Positions 9,703-19,471 of a DNA stretch of 64,000 nucleotides are shown here, in pieces. Every line of letters begins with the position of its first letter. The first letter of the stretch is position 1. The notes beneath the pieces are model-generated. The model was not told the DNA's origin and did no database searches. It saw only the letters and a list, made by a program, of their open reading frames with translations. Position numbers and translations under genes: made by a program. Source of the DNA: an uncultured Gammaproteobacteria bacterium (GTDB lineage Bacteria; Pseudomonadota; Gammaproteobacteria; UBA9214); assembly GCA_963748215.1 (NCBI GenBank), contig CAVVHS010000005.1:192001-256000 (forward strand), read 5' to 3'.

Positions 9703-11163
9703 TCAGGTATCCAGCCGGTAGTTCGGCGCTTCCTTGGTGATGGTCACATCATGCACGTGACTCTCGCGCATGCCGGCATTGGTCACGCGAATGAATTCCG
9801 GCCGGGTGCGCATCTCCTCGATACTGGCACAACCGGTATAGCCCATGCTGGAACGCAAGCCGCCCATCAGCTGATGCAGGATCGCGATCATCGAACCCTT
9901 GTACGGCACGCGACCCTCGATGCCTTCGGGAACCAGCTTGTCCGGCTCGCCGCCTTCCTGGAAGTAGCGGTCGCTGGAGCCTTCCTTCATCGCACCCAGC
10001 GAGCCCATGCCGCGGTAGGACTTGTAGGAACGTCCCTGGTACAGCTCCACCTCGCCCGGGGCCTCCTCGGTACCGGCCAACATGCTGCCGATCATCACCG
10101 ACCAGGCACCGGCGGCCAGCGCCTTGGCCAGATCACCGGAATAGCGGATGCCGCCGTCGGCGATCAGCGGGATGCCGTCTTTCTTCAGCTCCTCGGCCAC
10201 GTTCGCCACGGCGGTGATCTGCGGTACGCCGACCCCGGAAACGATGCGCGTGGTGCAGATGGAACCGGGACCGATACCGACCTTGACGCCGTCCGCGCCC
10301 GCCTCGACCAGCGCGCGTGCCGCCGCGGCGGTGGCGATGTTGCCGCCGATCACCTGCAGGTCCGGATAGTGCTGCTTGACCCAGCGCACGCGATCGAGCA
10401 CGCCCTGCGAATGACCGTGCGCGGTATCGACCACGACCACGTCGACCTCGGCCTCGACCAGCGCCGCGATACGCGCCTCGCTGTCACCGCCGGTGCCGAC
10501 CGCCGCACCGACGCGCAGGCGGCCGTACTCGTCCTTGCAGGCGTTCGGGAAGTCCGTGGACTTCTGGATGTCCTTCACCGTAATCATGCCGCGCAGCTTG
10601 AAGTCGTCGTTGATCACCAGCACGTTCTCGATGCGGTGCTTGTGCAGCAGGCCGATCACTTCTTCCTTGGCAGCCCCTTCCTGCACCGTCACCAGCTTCT
10701 CTTTCGGCGTCATGACGCTGGACACCGGCTTGTCGAGGTTGGTCTCGAAGCGGCGGTCGCGGCTGGTCACGATGCCCACCAGGTCATCGCCGTCGACCAC
10801 CGGCACGCCGGAGATGTTGTTGGCGCGGGTCAGCGCGATCACGTCGCGGATGCTGGTATCGGGCGAGACCGTGATCGGATCCTTGATCACGCCGCTCTCG
10901 AACTTCTTGACCGTGCGCACCTCGGCGGCCTGGCGCTCGATGGTCAGGTTCTTGTGGATGATGCCGATGCCGCCTTCCTGGGCCAGGGCGATGGCCAGGC
11001 GTGACTCGGTGACGGTATCCATGGCCGCCGACAGCAGCGGCATCTTCAGCCGTATCTCGCGGGTCAGCTGGCTTTGCAGACTGACATCGCGTGGCAGGAC
11101 GGTCGAATGCGCAGGCAGCAGCAGGACATCATCGAAGGTAAGGGCTTCCTGCACAATGCGCAT
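9703..11163 (-). CDS. guaB: IMP dehydrogenase
   Basis: [28 protein letters not shown] and YRGMGS motifs; CBS pair. Confidence 0.98.
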   Translation of the reverse strand: MRIVQEALTFDDVLLLPAHSTVLPRDVSLQSQLTREIRLKMPLLSAAMDTVTESRLAIALAQEGGIGIIHKNLTIERQAAEVRTVKKFESGVIKDPITVSPDTSIRDVIALTRANNISGVPVVDGDDLVGIVTSRDRRFETNLDKPVSSVMTPKEKLVTVQEGAAKEEVIGLLHKHRIENVLVINDDFKLRGMITVKDIQKSTDFPNACKDEYGRLRVGAAVGTGGDSEARIAALVEAEVDVVVVDTAHGHSQGVLDRVRWVKQHYPDLQVIGGNIATAAAARALVEAGADGVKVGIGPGSICTTRIVSGVGVPQITAVANVAEELKKDGIPLIADGGIRYSGDLAKALAAGAWSVMIGSMLAGTEEAPGEVELYQGRSYKSYRGMGSLGAMKEGSSDRYFQEGGEPDKLVPEGIEGRVPYKGSMIAILHQLMGGLRSSMGYTGCASIEEMRTRPEFIRVTNAGMRESHVHDVTITKEAPNYRLDT

Positions 11164-11321
11164 GGGAGTTCGGTTTCCGCGGGTGAATGATTGGGCGCCA
11201 ATTATAGGGACTGGGGCTGGTCCGGTAAACCGCGCCACCCGGCTTTCCGACCCGATTACCGCGAAATAAATCCGGCCTTTTGCCCCGCAAAACCGGCCGG
11301 TTTCGGGTATCCTTTCCGGTC

Positions 11322-12695
11322 ATGCCGGCCACGCCCACAGACCCGGACAACCCGCCCCCGGAACGCGACGTCTTCAGCGTGTCGCGCCTCAACCAGGCGG
11401 CGCGCACCCTGCTGGAACAGGGTTTCCCGCGCATCTGGATCGAGGGCGAGCTGTCCAATGTCTCGCGCCCCTCCTCCGGTCACCTGTATTTCACGCTCAA
11501 GGACAGCCAGGCCCAGGTGCGTGGCGCCATGTTCCGCAACCGCAACCAGCTGCTGCGCTTCCGCCCCACGGAAGGCATGCAGGTGCTGGTGCGGGCGAAA
11601 ATCAGCCTCTACGAGCCGCGCGGCGACTACCAGCTCATCGCCGAATCCATGCAGGAGGCCGGCGATGGCGTGCTGCAACGCGCCTTCGAGGCATTGAAGC
11701 GCAAACTGGACAGCGAGGGCCTGTTCGACCCGGCGGGCAAACGGGAACTGCCGCCGCTGCCGCGGCGCATCGGCGTGATCACCTCGCCGACCGGTGCCGC
11801 GCTGCGCGACGTGCTGAGCGTGCTGCGGCGGCGCTTTCCGGCCATCCCGGTGCTGGTCTACCCGGTGCCGGTACAGGGCAAGGACGCCGGCCGGAAGATC
11901 GCCGCCATGCTGCATACAGCCGACACCCGCAACGAGTGCGACGTGCTGATCCTGACCCGCGGCGGCGGCTCGCTGGAGGACCTGTGGGCGTTCAACGAGG
12001 AAATCGTGGCGCGCGCCATCCATGCCTGCCGCATCCCGCTGGTCAGCGCCGTCGGTCACGAGGTCGATTTCACCATTGCCGACTTCGTGGCCGACCGCCG
12101 CGCCCCGACCCCGTCGGCGGCGGCCGAGCTGGCCAGTCCGGACCAGGCGGACTGGCTGGCGCAGCTCACCACTCTGCAAACCCGCCTCACCCGGCGCCTG
12201 CAGCAGCGGCTCACGCAGGATCGCCAGCGCCTGGGCTGGCTGGAGCAGCGCTTGGCCCGGTGTCACCCGGGCCAGTTCCTGCGCCAGCGCGCCCAGCGCC
12301 TGGACGAACTGGAGAACCGCAGCCGGCTTGCCATGCGTTCATATTTCAATAACCTGCATGCTTCTCTTCACATGCTACATGCGAAATTGCAGCAACTCAC
12401 CCCGCAGCATCGCATCCATCGCACCGAACTGCAGCGCCAGGCCATTGACTCGCGGCTGCGCACGGCCATGAACACCCTGCTTGCGACACGGCAACGGCGC
12501 CTGGCACTGGCCTGCAAGGCACTGGACACCGTCAGCCCGCTGGCCACGCTGGAACGCGGCTATGCCATCGTCAGCCGTGCCGGTGAACGCGAGATCCTGC
12601 GCCAGGCATCGGCCGTCAAACCGGGCGAACAGGTCGCCGCACGCCTCGCGCAGGGCACGCTGCTGTGCACAGTCGACGATGTCGGCACGGACTAG
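11322..12695 (+). CDS. xseA: Exodeoxyribonuclease VII large subunit
   Basis: SGHLYFTLKD, RGGGSLEDLWAFN and SAVGHEVD motifs; divergent from guaB. Confidence 0.96.
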   Translation: MPATPTDPDNPPPERDVFSVSRLNQAARTLLEQGFPRIWIEGELSNVSRPSSGHLYFTLKDSQAQVRGAMFRNRNQLLRFRPTEGMQVLVRAKISLYEPRGDYQLIAESMQEAGDGVLQRAFEALKRKLDSEGLFDPAGKRELPPLPRRIGVITSPTGAALRDVLSVLRRRFPAIPVLVYPVPVQGKDAGRKIAAMLHTADTRNECDVLILTRGGGSLEDLWAFNEEIVARAIHACRIPLVSAVGHEVDFTIADFVADRRAPTPSAAAELASPDQADWLAQLTTLQTRLTRRLQQRLTQDRQRLGWLEQRLARCHPGQFLRQRAQRLDELENRSRLAMRSYFNNLHASLHMLHAKLQQLTPQHRIHRTELQRQAIDSRLRTAMNTLLATRQRRLALACKALDTVSPLATLERGYAIVSRAGEREILRQASAVKPGEQVAARLAQGTLLCTVDDVGTD

Positions 12696-12936
12696 CCCGC
12701 ATTACTCACCGGGCGGCCGTTGACGGACATAATGAATTGAAATCATGAGAATGATGCCCATTCTCCAACAAACAGTGTGTCATCGGGCGGTGCCTATCCC
12801 GGTGAGAAATGCGGACTAGCCGCTTGGCGGCATCCGCCGAACACGGTAGATTGATACACAGCGCGTCACGCCCCGTACATCCGTACGACTGCGCCGGCGA
12901 CGACTTCCAATGCAAATCAACAGGACTCGACCGACC

Positions 12937-13791
12937 ATGCTGAAACACCGCCTTTTCGCCCTGTGTCTCTGTTTGGGCTGTGCAGGCAGCGCTTCCGCCC
13001 TGCCACTCGATACCACGCCCGTACCCGGCGGCATTGCCGTCATTCGTCTGCCTGAAGGCGTCGACGCCGGCACGCTCCGCTACAACGGCCGCAAGGTGCT
13101 GGTCACGCAACAGGGCGATGCCGACTATGCCGTGATCGGGCTGTCACTCGGGACGAAACCCGGTCGCTATCAGCTGCAGGGCAAGACGGCGGCGGGCAAG
13201 CCTCTCAGCCTCGCATTCAGCGTCGAGGCCAAGCAGTACGAGGAACAGCGCATCACCATCAAGGACAAACGCAAGGTCAACCCGGAACAACGTGACCTGA
13301 AACGGATCGGCCGCGAGAAGCAACAGATCGATGCGGCACTGGAACACTGGTCCGACCGGGACCGGGTTGTCACCGATTTCCAGCTGCCCGTCGAGGGTCC
13401 GACCAGCAGCCCGTTCGGCCTGCGTCGCTTCTTCAATGACCAGCCGCGCAACCCGCACAGCGGCCTGGACATCGCCGCCGACGAGGGCACAGCCATCCGC
13501 GCACCCGCTCCCGGCACTGTCATCGAAACGGGCGATTTCTTCTTCAACGGCAACACCGTGCTGATCGACCACGGCCAGGGCCTGGTCACCATGTACTGCC
13601 ACATGAGCGCCATCGATGTGCAACCCGGCACCATCGTCGCGACCGGTGACGTGATCGGCAAGGTCGGCATGACGGGCCGCGTAACCGGTCCGCACCTGCA
13701 CTGGGGCGTCAGCCTGAACGATGCCAGGATCGACCCGACCCTGCTCCTGCCGGCTGTACGCGAGACGGCAGTAGAACCACATAAGCACTGA
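12937..13791 (+). CDS. M23-family peptidoglycan DD-metalloendopeptidase
   Basis: Signal peptide; HSGLD, YCHMS and TGPHLHW motifs; usual position after xseA. Confidence 0.9.
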   Translation: MLKHRLFALCLCLGCAGSASALPLDTTPVPGGIAVIRLPEGVDAGTLRYNGRKVLVTQQGDADYAVIGLSLGTKPGRYQLQGKTAAGKPLSLAFSVEAKQYEEQRITIKDKRKVNPEQRDLKRIGREKQQIDAALEHWSDRDRVVTDFQLPVEGPTSSPFGLRRFFNDQPRNPHSGLDIAADEGTAIRAPAPGTVIETGDFFFNGNTVLIDHGQGLVTMYCHMSAIDVQPGTIVATGDVIGKVGMTGRVTGPHLHWGVSLNDARIDPTLLLPAVRETAVEPHKH

Positions 13792-14068
13792 TTACGCCTG
13801 TATATTCACAGTTGCCAGCGCAGCCTGTTCTGGCAGCGTCCTGAACTGCAGTACGTATTGTGTATTCAACATGCGTTTATAAATGGCCACGGAAGCACAC
13901 GGGGCAAACAAATCCATTCAATGGATTCCGTGGCCATGATGTCAGTTATGGGATAAAGCAGCGCAAGCGGCATACCCCCCAACTTGACGACGATCAAGTG
14001 ACTTCAACGGGCGCAAGCTTAAGCTTGTGTATCAGGCACATGATCATGATTATCAGCATACCCGCAGT

Positions 14069-14731
14069 ATGAAACGCTACAGACTCACGGTTCTGGTGCT
14101 GGCCGCACTGCTGGTGCTGCTGACAGGCAGCGGCAATGCAGCCGAGCCCTGCGCGCCCTTCGAGGGTGGTCGTGTCGACGCGAAACTGCTGGAGGAAATG
14201 CGCAAGGCCGCACACGACGGTCGCCTGTACCGCGTGCTGCCCGGCAATTCGAAGGTCGGCTTCTGCGTACGCTATTTCCCGTTCCAGGAATTCCGCGGTG
14301 AGTTCACCAATCTCGTCGGAGGTCTGACCCTGCCACCGGACATGAAGCAGCATGGCCAGGCACTGTTGCTGATCCACACCACCGGCATGGAATCCAGCAA
14401 CCCGGATCTCGACCCGCTGGTAGAGGGTCACGAGTTCATGGACATCGAGCGCTATCCCGAAATCCTGTTCGTGGGCCGGGCCTTCCAGTGGTACAACCCG
14501 CTGCAGGCCTACATCTACGGCGACCTGACCCTGCGCGGCATCACGCAGCCGGTGGTGTTCGATATCGAGGTAGACGTGCTCGAACGGGACGAGAACGAAC
14601 GGCCGGAAAACATTTTCCTGCGCGGCACCACCCAGGTAGACCGCACGGAATTCGACATGCGCACCCACCAGATCATGATCAGCCAGACCGTGAAGCTATG
14701 CCTGTCCGTCGAACTGACGCGCTGGGAGTAG
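14069..14731 (+). CDS. Secreted YceI-family protein (paralogue of 217..906)
   Basis: Signal peptide; YPEILF and GDLTLRGITQPV motifs. Confidence 0.85.
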   Translation: MKRYRLTVLVLAALLVLLTGSGNAAEPCAPFEGGRVDAKLLEEMRKAAHDGRLYRVLPGNSKVGFCVRYFPFQEFRGEFTNLVGGLTLPPDMKQHGQALLLIHTTGMESSNPDLDPLVEGHEFMDIERYPEILFVGRAFQWYNPLQAYIYGDLTLRGITQPVVFDIEVDVLERDENERPENIFLRGTTQVDRTEFDMRTHQIMISQTVKLCLSVELTRWE

Positions 14732-14750
14732 CCGGCAATGCTGTCCTGAT

Positions 14751-15020
14751 CTAGGGCCTGTTCACACTACCCGAATCGTAGCGACGGAGGCCATTTTTTC
14801 GGCCAACAAGGCGCTGCAAGCGCAGTGTACTGAAGTACATAAGCGAGCAGCAACGCCGTTGGACGGGAAAATAGCCCCGTCCCTCCGGGTTGCGCCCCAA
14901 ATCGGGTCATGCTGCGTTGCTCGTCGTTCATTTGGAATCACCAAACTTCTCTCCTCGCGCCTTGCCTGACCCGATTTGGGGCAGCAACGCTACGATTCGG
15001 GTAGTGTGAACAGGCCCTAG
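14751..15020. mobile_element. MITE-like structured element, 270 bp, CTAG at both ends
   Basis: Perfect 30-bp TIR gggcctgttcacactacccgaatcgtagcg; homologous to 34996-35264. Confidence 0.85.
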
Positions 15021-15027
15021 GATAAAT

Positions 15028-15570
15028 CGCCACGGAAACCACGGAAGACTGCTGTGCCCTGCCGGCACCGAGGCAGGACGACGTGAGACGTGAGACGTGA
15101 AGCATGCGCGATAATGGCCACGGAACCACACGGAAATACACGGAAGAACACGAAAAAATAACAACGGGGGAACCTGACGCGTGTCGTCATTCCAGGCGCA
15201 GCGCAGGCCCGAATAACTGATGATGTATACCTGTAACCGGATGATTCGCTGTATCCGGGACGTCTTCAGCGATTTATGTTGTCATTGCGTTTCGCCCCCT
15301 GTAATGACGACACCTCTGTGATTCCTTGAATTTATCTTTCTGTGTGATTCTGTGTGGTTCCGTGGCTATTTTTATGTTCACGTCTCACGTCTCACGCAAT
15401 GGTGCGTAAAACGCACCCTACGCCTTACCCTGCATTTGTTATCTTTCCGTGTCCTTCCGTGGATTCCGTGGCCATTATTTTTCGCAGGGTCCGCTCTGTG
15501 CGCATTTCATGGTGCGTAAAACGCACCCTACGCCTTACCCTGCATTTTTTTCCGTGTTCTTCAGTGGGCA
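15028..15570. repeat. Nested palindromic repeat cluster (CCACGGAA arms, TCACGTC heptamers, REP-like units)
   Basis: Left arms ccacggaa/acgtgag are mirrored by right arms ttccgtgg/tcacgtc; ggtgcgtaaaacgcaccctacg occurs twice. Confidence 0.85.
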
Positions 15571-15580
15571 ATTCCTGCAC

Positions 15581-16666
15581 TCAGCCGCCGAGGTGCACTG
15601 GAATGCGGCGCTGCCCGAAGGCGCCCTCGTATTTGCCGAAGTGCCCGGCGATCGCCGTACCGCACTCCGGGCAGTGTCCGTCCTCCGTCACGCGATAGTC
15701 CAGGATCTGGTGCCAGTCACGCACGATCAGCGGCTGCTGACAGCCCGGGCAGAACGTGGTGCCGCCGTCGCGGTCATGCACGTTGCCGGTATAGACGTAG
15801 TTGATCCCTTCGGCCTGAGCGATGCGCCGCGCGCGGCTCAGCGTCGCCGGCGGCGTCGCGGGCACATCCCGCATGCGGAAATCCGGGTGGAAGGCGGTGA
15901 AATGCAGCGGCACATCCGGTCCCAGCTCGTGCATGATCCATTGACACATGCGCCGGATCTCGTCGTCCGAGTCGTTGTGGCCCGGGATCAGCAGCGTGGT
16001 GATCTCCGTCCAGACCTGGGTTTCGTGGCACAGGTAAACCAGTGTGTCGAGCACCGGCTGCAGGTGCGCGCCGGTCAGTTTGTAGTAAAACACCTCGGTA
16101 AACGCCTTGAGATCCACGTTGACGGCATCCATGACGGCATAGAACTCGCGCCGCGGTTCGGCATGGATATAACCGGCCGTGACCGCGACGGTCTGGATGC
16201 CGAGCGCATGACAGGCCTGGGCCGTGTCGATCGCATACTCGGCGAAGATCACCGGATCGTTGTAGGTGAAGGCAACGCTCTTGCAGCCCGAATCCTGCGC
16301 CGCCCGCGCAATCGCCTTCGGGCTGGCCTGGTCCATCAGCCGGTCCATGTCCTTCGACTTGCTGATATCCCAGTTCTGGCAGAACTTGCAGGCCAGGTTG
16401 CAGCCGGCCGTGCCGAACGACAGCACGGAGGATCCCGGGTAGAAATGGTTGAGCGGCTTTTTCTCGACGGGATCGATGCAGAAACCCGATGAGCGTCCGT
16501 AGGTGGTGAGCACCATGCGGTCCGCTTCGCGCATGCGCACGAAACACGCACCCCGCTGGCCTTCATGCAGCTTGCAGTCGCGCGGGCACAGGTCGCACTG
16601 GATGCGGCCATCCGGCAGCGGGTGCCACCAGCGCGCGGGATGCAGGGTCGTGCCGGTCGTGTTCAT
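15581..16666 (-). CDS. amrS: AmmeMemoRadiSam system radical SAM enzyme
   Basis: CDLCPRDC, DPVEKKPLNHF, CNLACKFCQN and YVYTGNVHD motifs. Confidence 0.95.
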   Translation of the reverse strand: MNTTGTTLHPARWWHPLPDGRIQCDLCPRDCKLHEGQRGACFVRMREADRMVLTTYGRSSGFCIDPVEKKPLNHFYPGSSVLSFGTAGCNLACKFCQNWDISKSKDMDRLMDQASPKAIARAAQDSGCKSVAFTYNDPVIFAEYAIDTAQACHALGIQTVAVTAGYIHAEPRREFYAVMDAVNVDLKAFTEVFYYKLTGAHLQPVLDTLVYLCHETQVWTEITTLLIPGHNDSDDEIRRMCQWIMHELGPDVPLHFTAFHPDFRMRDVPATPPATLSRARRIAQAEGINYVYTGNVHDRDGGTTFCPGCQQPLIVRDWHQILDYRVTEDGHCPECGTAIAGHFGKYEGAFGQRRIPVHLGG

Positions 16667-17226
16667 GTGCGTTCAGCCTCTTGCCACTTGCTCACGGTAT
16701 AACGTTCCAGGCGGATATCCTCGTCCCAGAAGTCGCCGGGCAGTCCGGCCTTGCGTTTGAGCTGAAGCAGAAAATCCTCCGGCCGCGGCAGCGATTCCCA
16801 CACCTGCGGCAGGAAGGTGCCGCGTGCCTGGCCAAGGCGCAGCACCACGCCGTCGATGCCGGGACGCAACTGCGCAATCGCGTCCGCCTCGGATTCGACG
16901 TCCATGCCCTCTGCGGCCGACAGCAGCGACACCTCGATGCGCGTCCGCGGCAATTCCACCGCCTGCAGCGGCGGGAAACGCGGATCGTGCAGCGCCGCGG
17001 CGACGGCATTGGCACGCACGTCCTCCAGCAGCGGGCGCTGCGCCACGAGGCTGCCGATGCAGCCCCGCAGGCCGCCCTGTTGCGTCAGCGTGACGAAACT
17101 TGCGCCGGGCTCCTGCAGCCAGTCCTGCAGGTCATGACCGACACCCGCCGATCCCAGTCGCTGCGCGATGGCGTCGCGTGCCACGGCCAGCAGGATCGCA
17201 CCCTGCGCGTCAGGCAGCCTGTTCAC
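16663..17226 (-). CDS. amrA: AmmeMemoRadiSam system protein A (AMMECR1 domain)
   Basis: FVTL...LRGCIG, DPRF and TFLPQVW motifs. Confidence 0.95.
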   Translation of the reverse strand: MNRLPDAQGAILLAVARDAIAQRLGSAGVGHDLQDWLQEPGASFVTLTQQGGLRGCIGSLVAQRPLLEDVRANAVAAALHDPRFPPLQAVELPRTRIEVSLLSAAEGMDVESEADAIAQLRPGIDGVVLRLGQARGTFLPQVWESLPRPEDFLLQLKRKAGLPGDFWDEDIRLERYTVSKWQEAERT

Positions 17227-18029
17227 CGATCCGCCTCGTGGAAGGCGATCGCGGTATAGCCCACCACGCGCGACCTGTCACCGGCCGTGTCGCCCGAATT
17301 GCGCAGGTCCAGCAGTTCGGCGGTCAAGCCGTGAGCGGCGGCACAGGCCAGCAGGCCGTTTACCGGTGTGGCGCCGCACGCCTCGTCGTGACCGAGATCG
17401 GCATGCAAGCCAAGGATGTGCCTGACCGTCTCGCTGTCGGTGCGCTGCGCCACCTCGTAGGGCAGGTAATGCGACAGATCGGAGCTGATCACGATCAGCG
17501 TTTCCGGTCCGCCCCAGACACGCGCCAGCACCTCGGCAACCTCCCCGGGAGTGGCGTCGCCGACGGCCAGCGGCAGCAGGCGGAATTCGCCCAGCACGGT
17601 CTGCAAAAATGGCAGGTGCACCTCCAGCGAATGTTCCTGTGCATGGGCGGCGGCGCTCACCGTGACCTGCGGCAAATCCGCCAGTGCCGTGATCGCAGCG
17701 GTATCCAGCGGCACCTCGCCCAGCGGCGTGCTGAACGTGGTCGACCCGGGCAGCGCCAGGCCGCGCACCGGGACGCGATGCACCGGTCCCAGCAACACCA
17801 CGCGACGGATACGGCCGGCCAGCGGGGCCAGGCGGGCATAGCCGCTGGCGGCAACCGGGCCCGAATAGACATAGCCGGCGTGGGGCACGATCAATGCCTT
17901 CGGCGGACGCGCCCCGGTTTCGAGGGGGACGGCTGCCAGCAAGGCACGCACATCGGCTGACAACTCGGCGCGGCCGGATGGATAGAACGTGCCTGCCACG
18001 GCAGGCGGTCGGGAAGAATTCATGAACAC
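17223..18029 (-). CDS. amrB: AmmeMemoRadiSam system protein B (MEMO1 family)
   Basis: RPPAVAGTFYP, PHAGYVYSG, EHSLEV, SSDLSHY and VVGY motifs. Confidence 0.95.
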   Translation of the reverse strand: MFMNSSRPPAVAGTFYPSGRAELSADVRALLAAVPLETGARPPKALIVPHAGYVYSGPVAASGYARLAPLAGRIRRVVLLGPVHRVPVRGLALPGSTTFSTPLGEVPLDTAAITALADLPQVTVSAAAHAQEHSLEVHLPFLQTVLGEFRLLPLAVGDATPGEVAEVLARVWGGPETLIVISSDLSHYLPYEVAQRTDSETVRHILGLHADLGHDEACGATPVNGLLACAAAHGLTAELLDLRNSGDTAGDRSRVVGYTAIAFHEADR

Positions 18030-18278
18030 CTCATACTCAATGTAGTTTACATGAGGCCGAAGCGCACGATCTCAAGGTCACCCGGGAGGGGCAAAATGTC
18101 GCACCCCGTCCGGCGCATCCGGCAGATCAGTGGCGCAGGAGCACACGACTGCATGGAGAAGGTGAGACCATTCTTACGGGCATAGCCCGGGTCGAGAGGC
18201 TGGCCTGGGCCATGCCAGAGCCGAGTGCAAAGCAGGAGCATTTGCCGAGGCATGCAGGGAATGGAACTGGCCATCGAC

Positions 18279-18758
18279 CCCACGGAAGCACACGAAAAGG
18301 ATCAATGGCCACGGAACCACACAGACGGACACGGAATAACAATTCACTACGGTCCCGGAGATGACGTGGCTATTCTTTACAATCCAATGGCCCGGAATCT
18401 GCAGAAAGACAGGAAAATCAATTACATCATTCCGTGTATTTCCGTGTGCTTCCGTGGCCATTATTTTCGTAGGGTGCACCCTTTGCATCGTTAAATGGTG
18501 CGTAAAACGCACCCTGCATCCTACCCTGCAGTTGTTATTTTCCGTGTTCTTCCGTGGATTCCGTGGCCATTATTTATCGCGCAATGTTCAGGATGTACAA
18601 GTGCCGTGGAGCACATGGATGTGCGGGAACGGCCATGGGATGCGCTCCTACCCCTCTAGACGGTGTAGGGTGCACTTCGCTTACTATTCCCGGTGCGTAA
18701 AACGAACCCTAACTCCGGGTTTTATTTTCCGTGTTCTTCCGTGGATTCCGTGGCCATT
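18279..18758. repeat. Second composite CCACGGAA/TTCCGTGG plus REP cluster
   Basis: Same modules as 15028-15570 and the 27-kb array. Confidence 0.8.
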
Positions 18759-18769
18759 TCCAGGGCAGG

Positions 18770-19267
18770 CTAGCGCTGTTCCGCCAGCACCGAGCGATAC
18801 AGCGCCGCATCCGCGTCGCCGAAGCAGCAGGCGATGATGCGCTCGAAACGCGCCTCGTAGTCGCGCATGGCGTCGATCGCAATACGCGCGGCCGCTTTCT
18901 TCGGGTAACCGTACACACCGGTACTGATGGCCGGGAAGGCAATCGTTCGTACGTCGTTTTCCAATGCGATTTCGAAGCTGTTGCGGTAGCAGGCACGCAG
19001 CAGGGCCGGCTCGTAGTGCCTGCCGTCCTGCCACACCGGACCGACGGTGTGAATGACCCGCCGTGCCGGCAGGTCGAAGCCGGGACTGATCCTGGCCTCG
19101 CCGGTACGACAACCGTTGAGCGTGCGGCAGAATTGCTGCAACAGCGGGCCGGCCGCGCAGTGAATCGCGCCATCCACGCCGCCGCCACCCAGCAGGCTGC
19201 TGTTGGCCGCATTGACGATGGCGTCGACATCCAGGGTGGTGATGTCGGCAGTAATGATCTCGATCAT
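18770..19267 (-). CDS. ymdB: Macro-domain O-acetyl-ADP-ribose deacetylase
   Basis: [25 protein letters not shown] and [13 protein letters not shown] motifs. Confidence 0.9.
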   Translation of the reverse strand: MIEIITADITTLDVDAIVNAANSSLLGGGGVDGAIHCAAGPLLQQFCRTLNGCRTGEARISPGFDLPARRVIHTVGPVWQDGRHYEPALLRACYRNSFEIALENDVRTIAFPAISTGVYGYPKKAAARIAIDAMRDYEARFERIIACCFGDADAALYRSVLAEQR

Positions 19268-19471
19268 GGAAAAACAGTTCGTTCCCCGCAGAGCGGCACA
19301 GGCGACACTCCGGCAGCGCCCGCGCATTGCGCAAGCTGTCGAGTATATCAGCGGGCACGGCGTGCATCGCCACTGCAATGTTGCAAGCAGCCAGGCCCGC
19401 ACGGCACGTTGCCTCCCCTGCCCGATGCGTTATAGTGTGAGCACAACAAACATCAGGGGGACCGTACCGCG

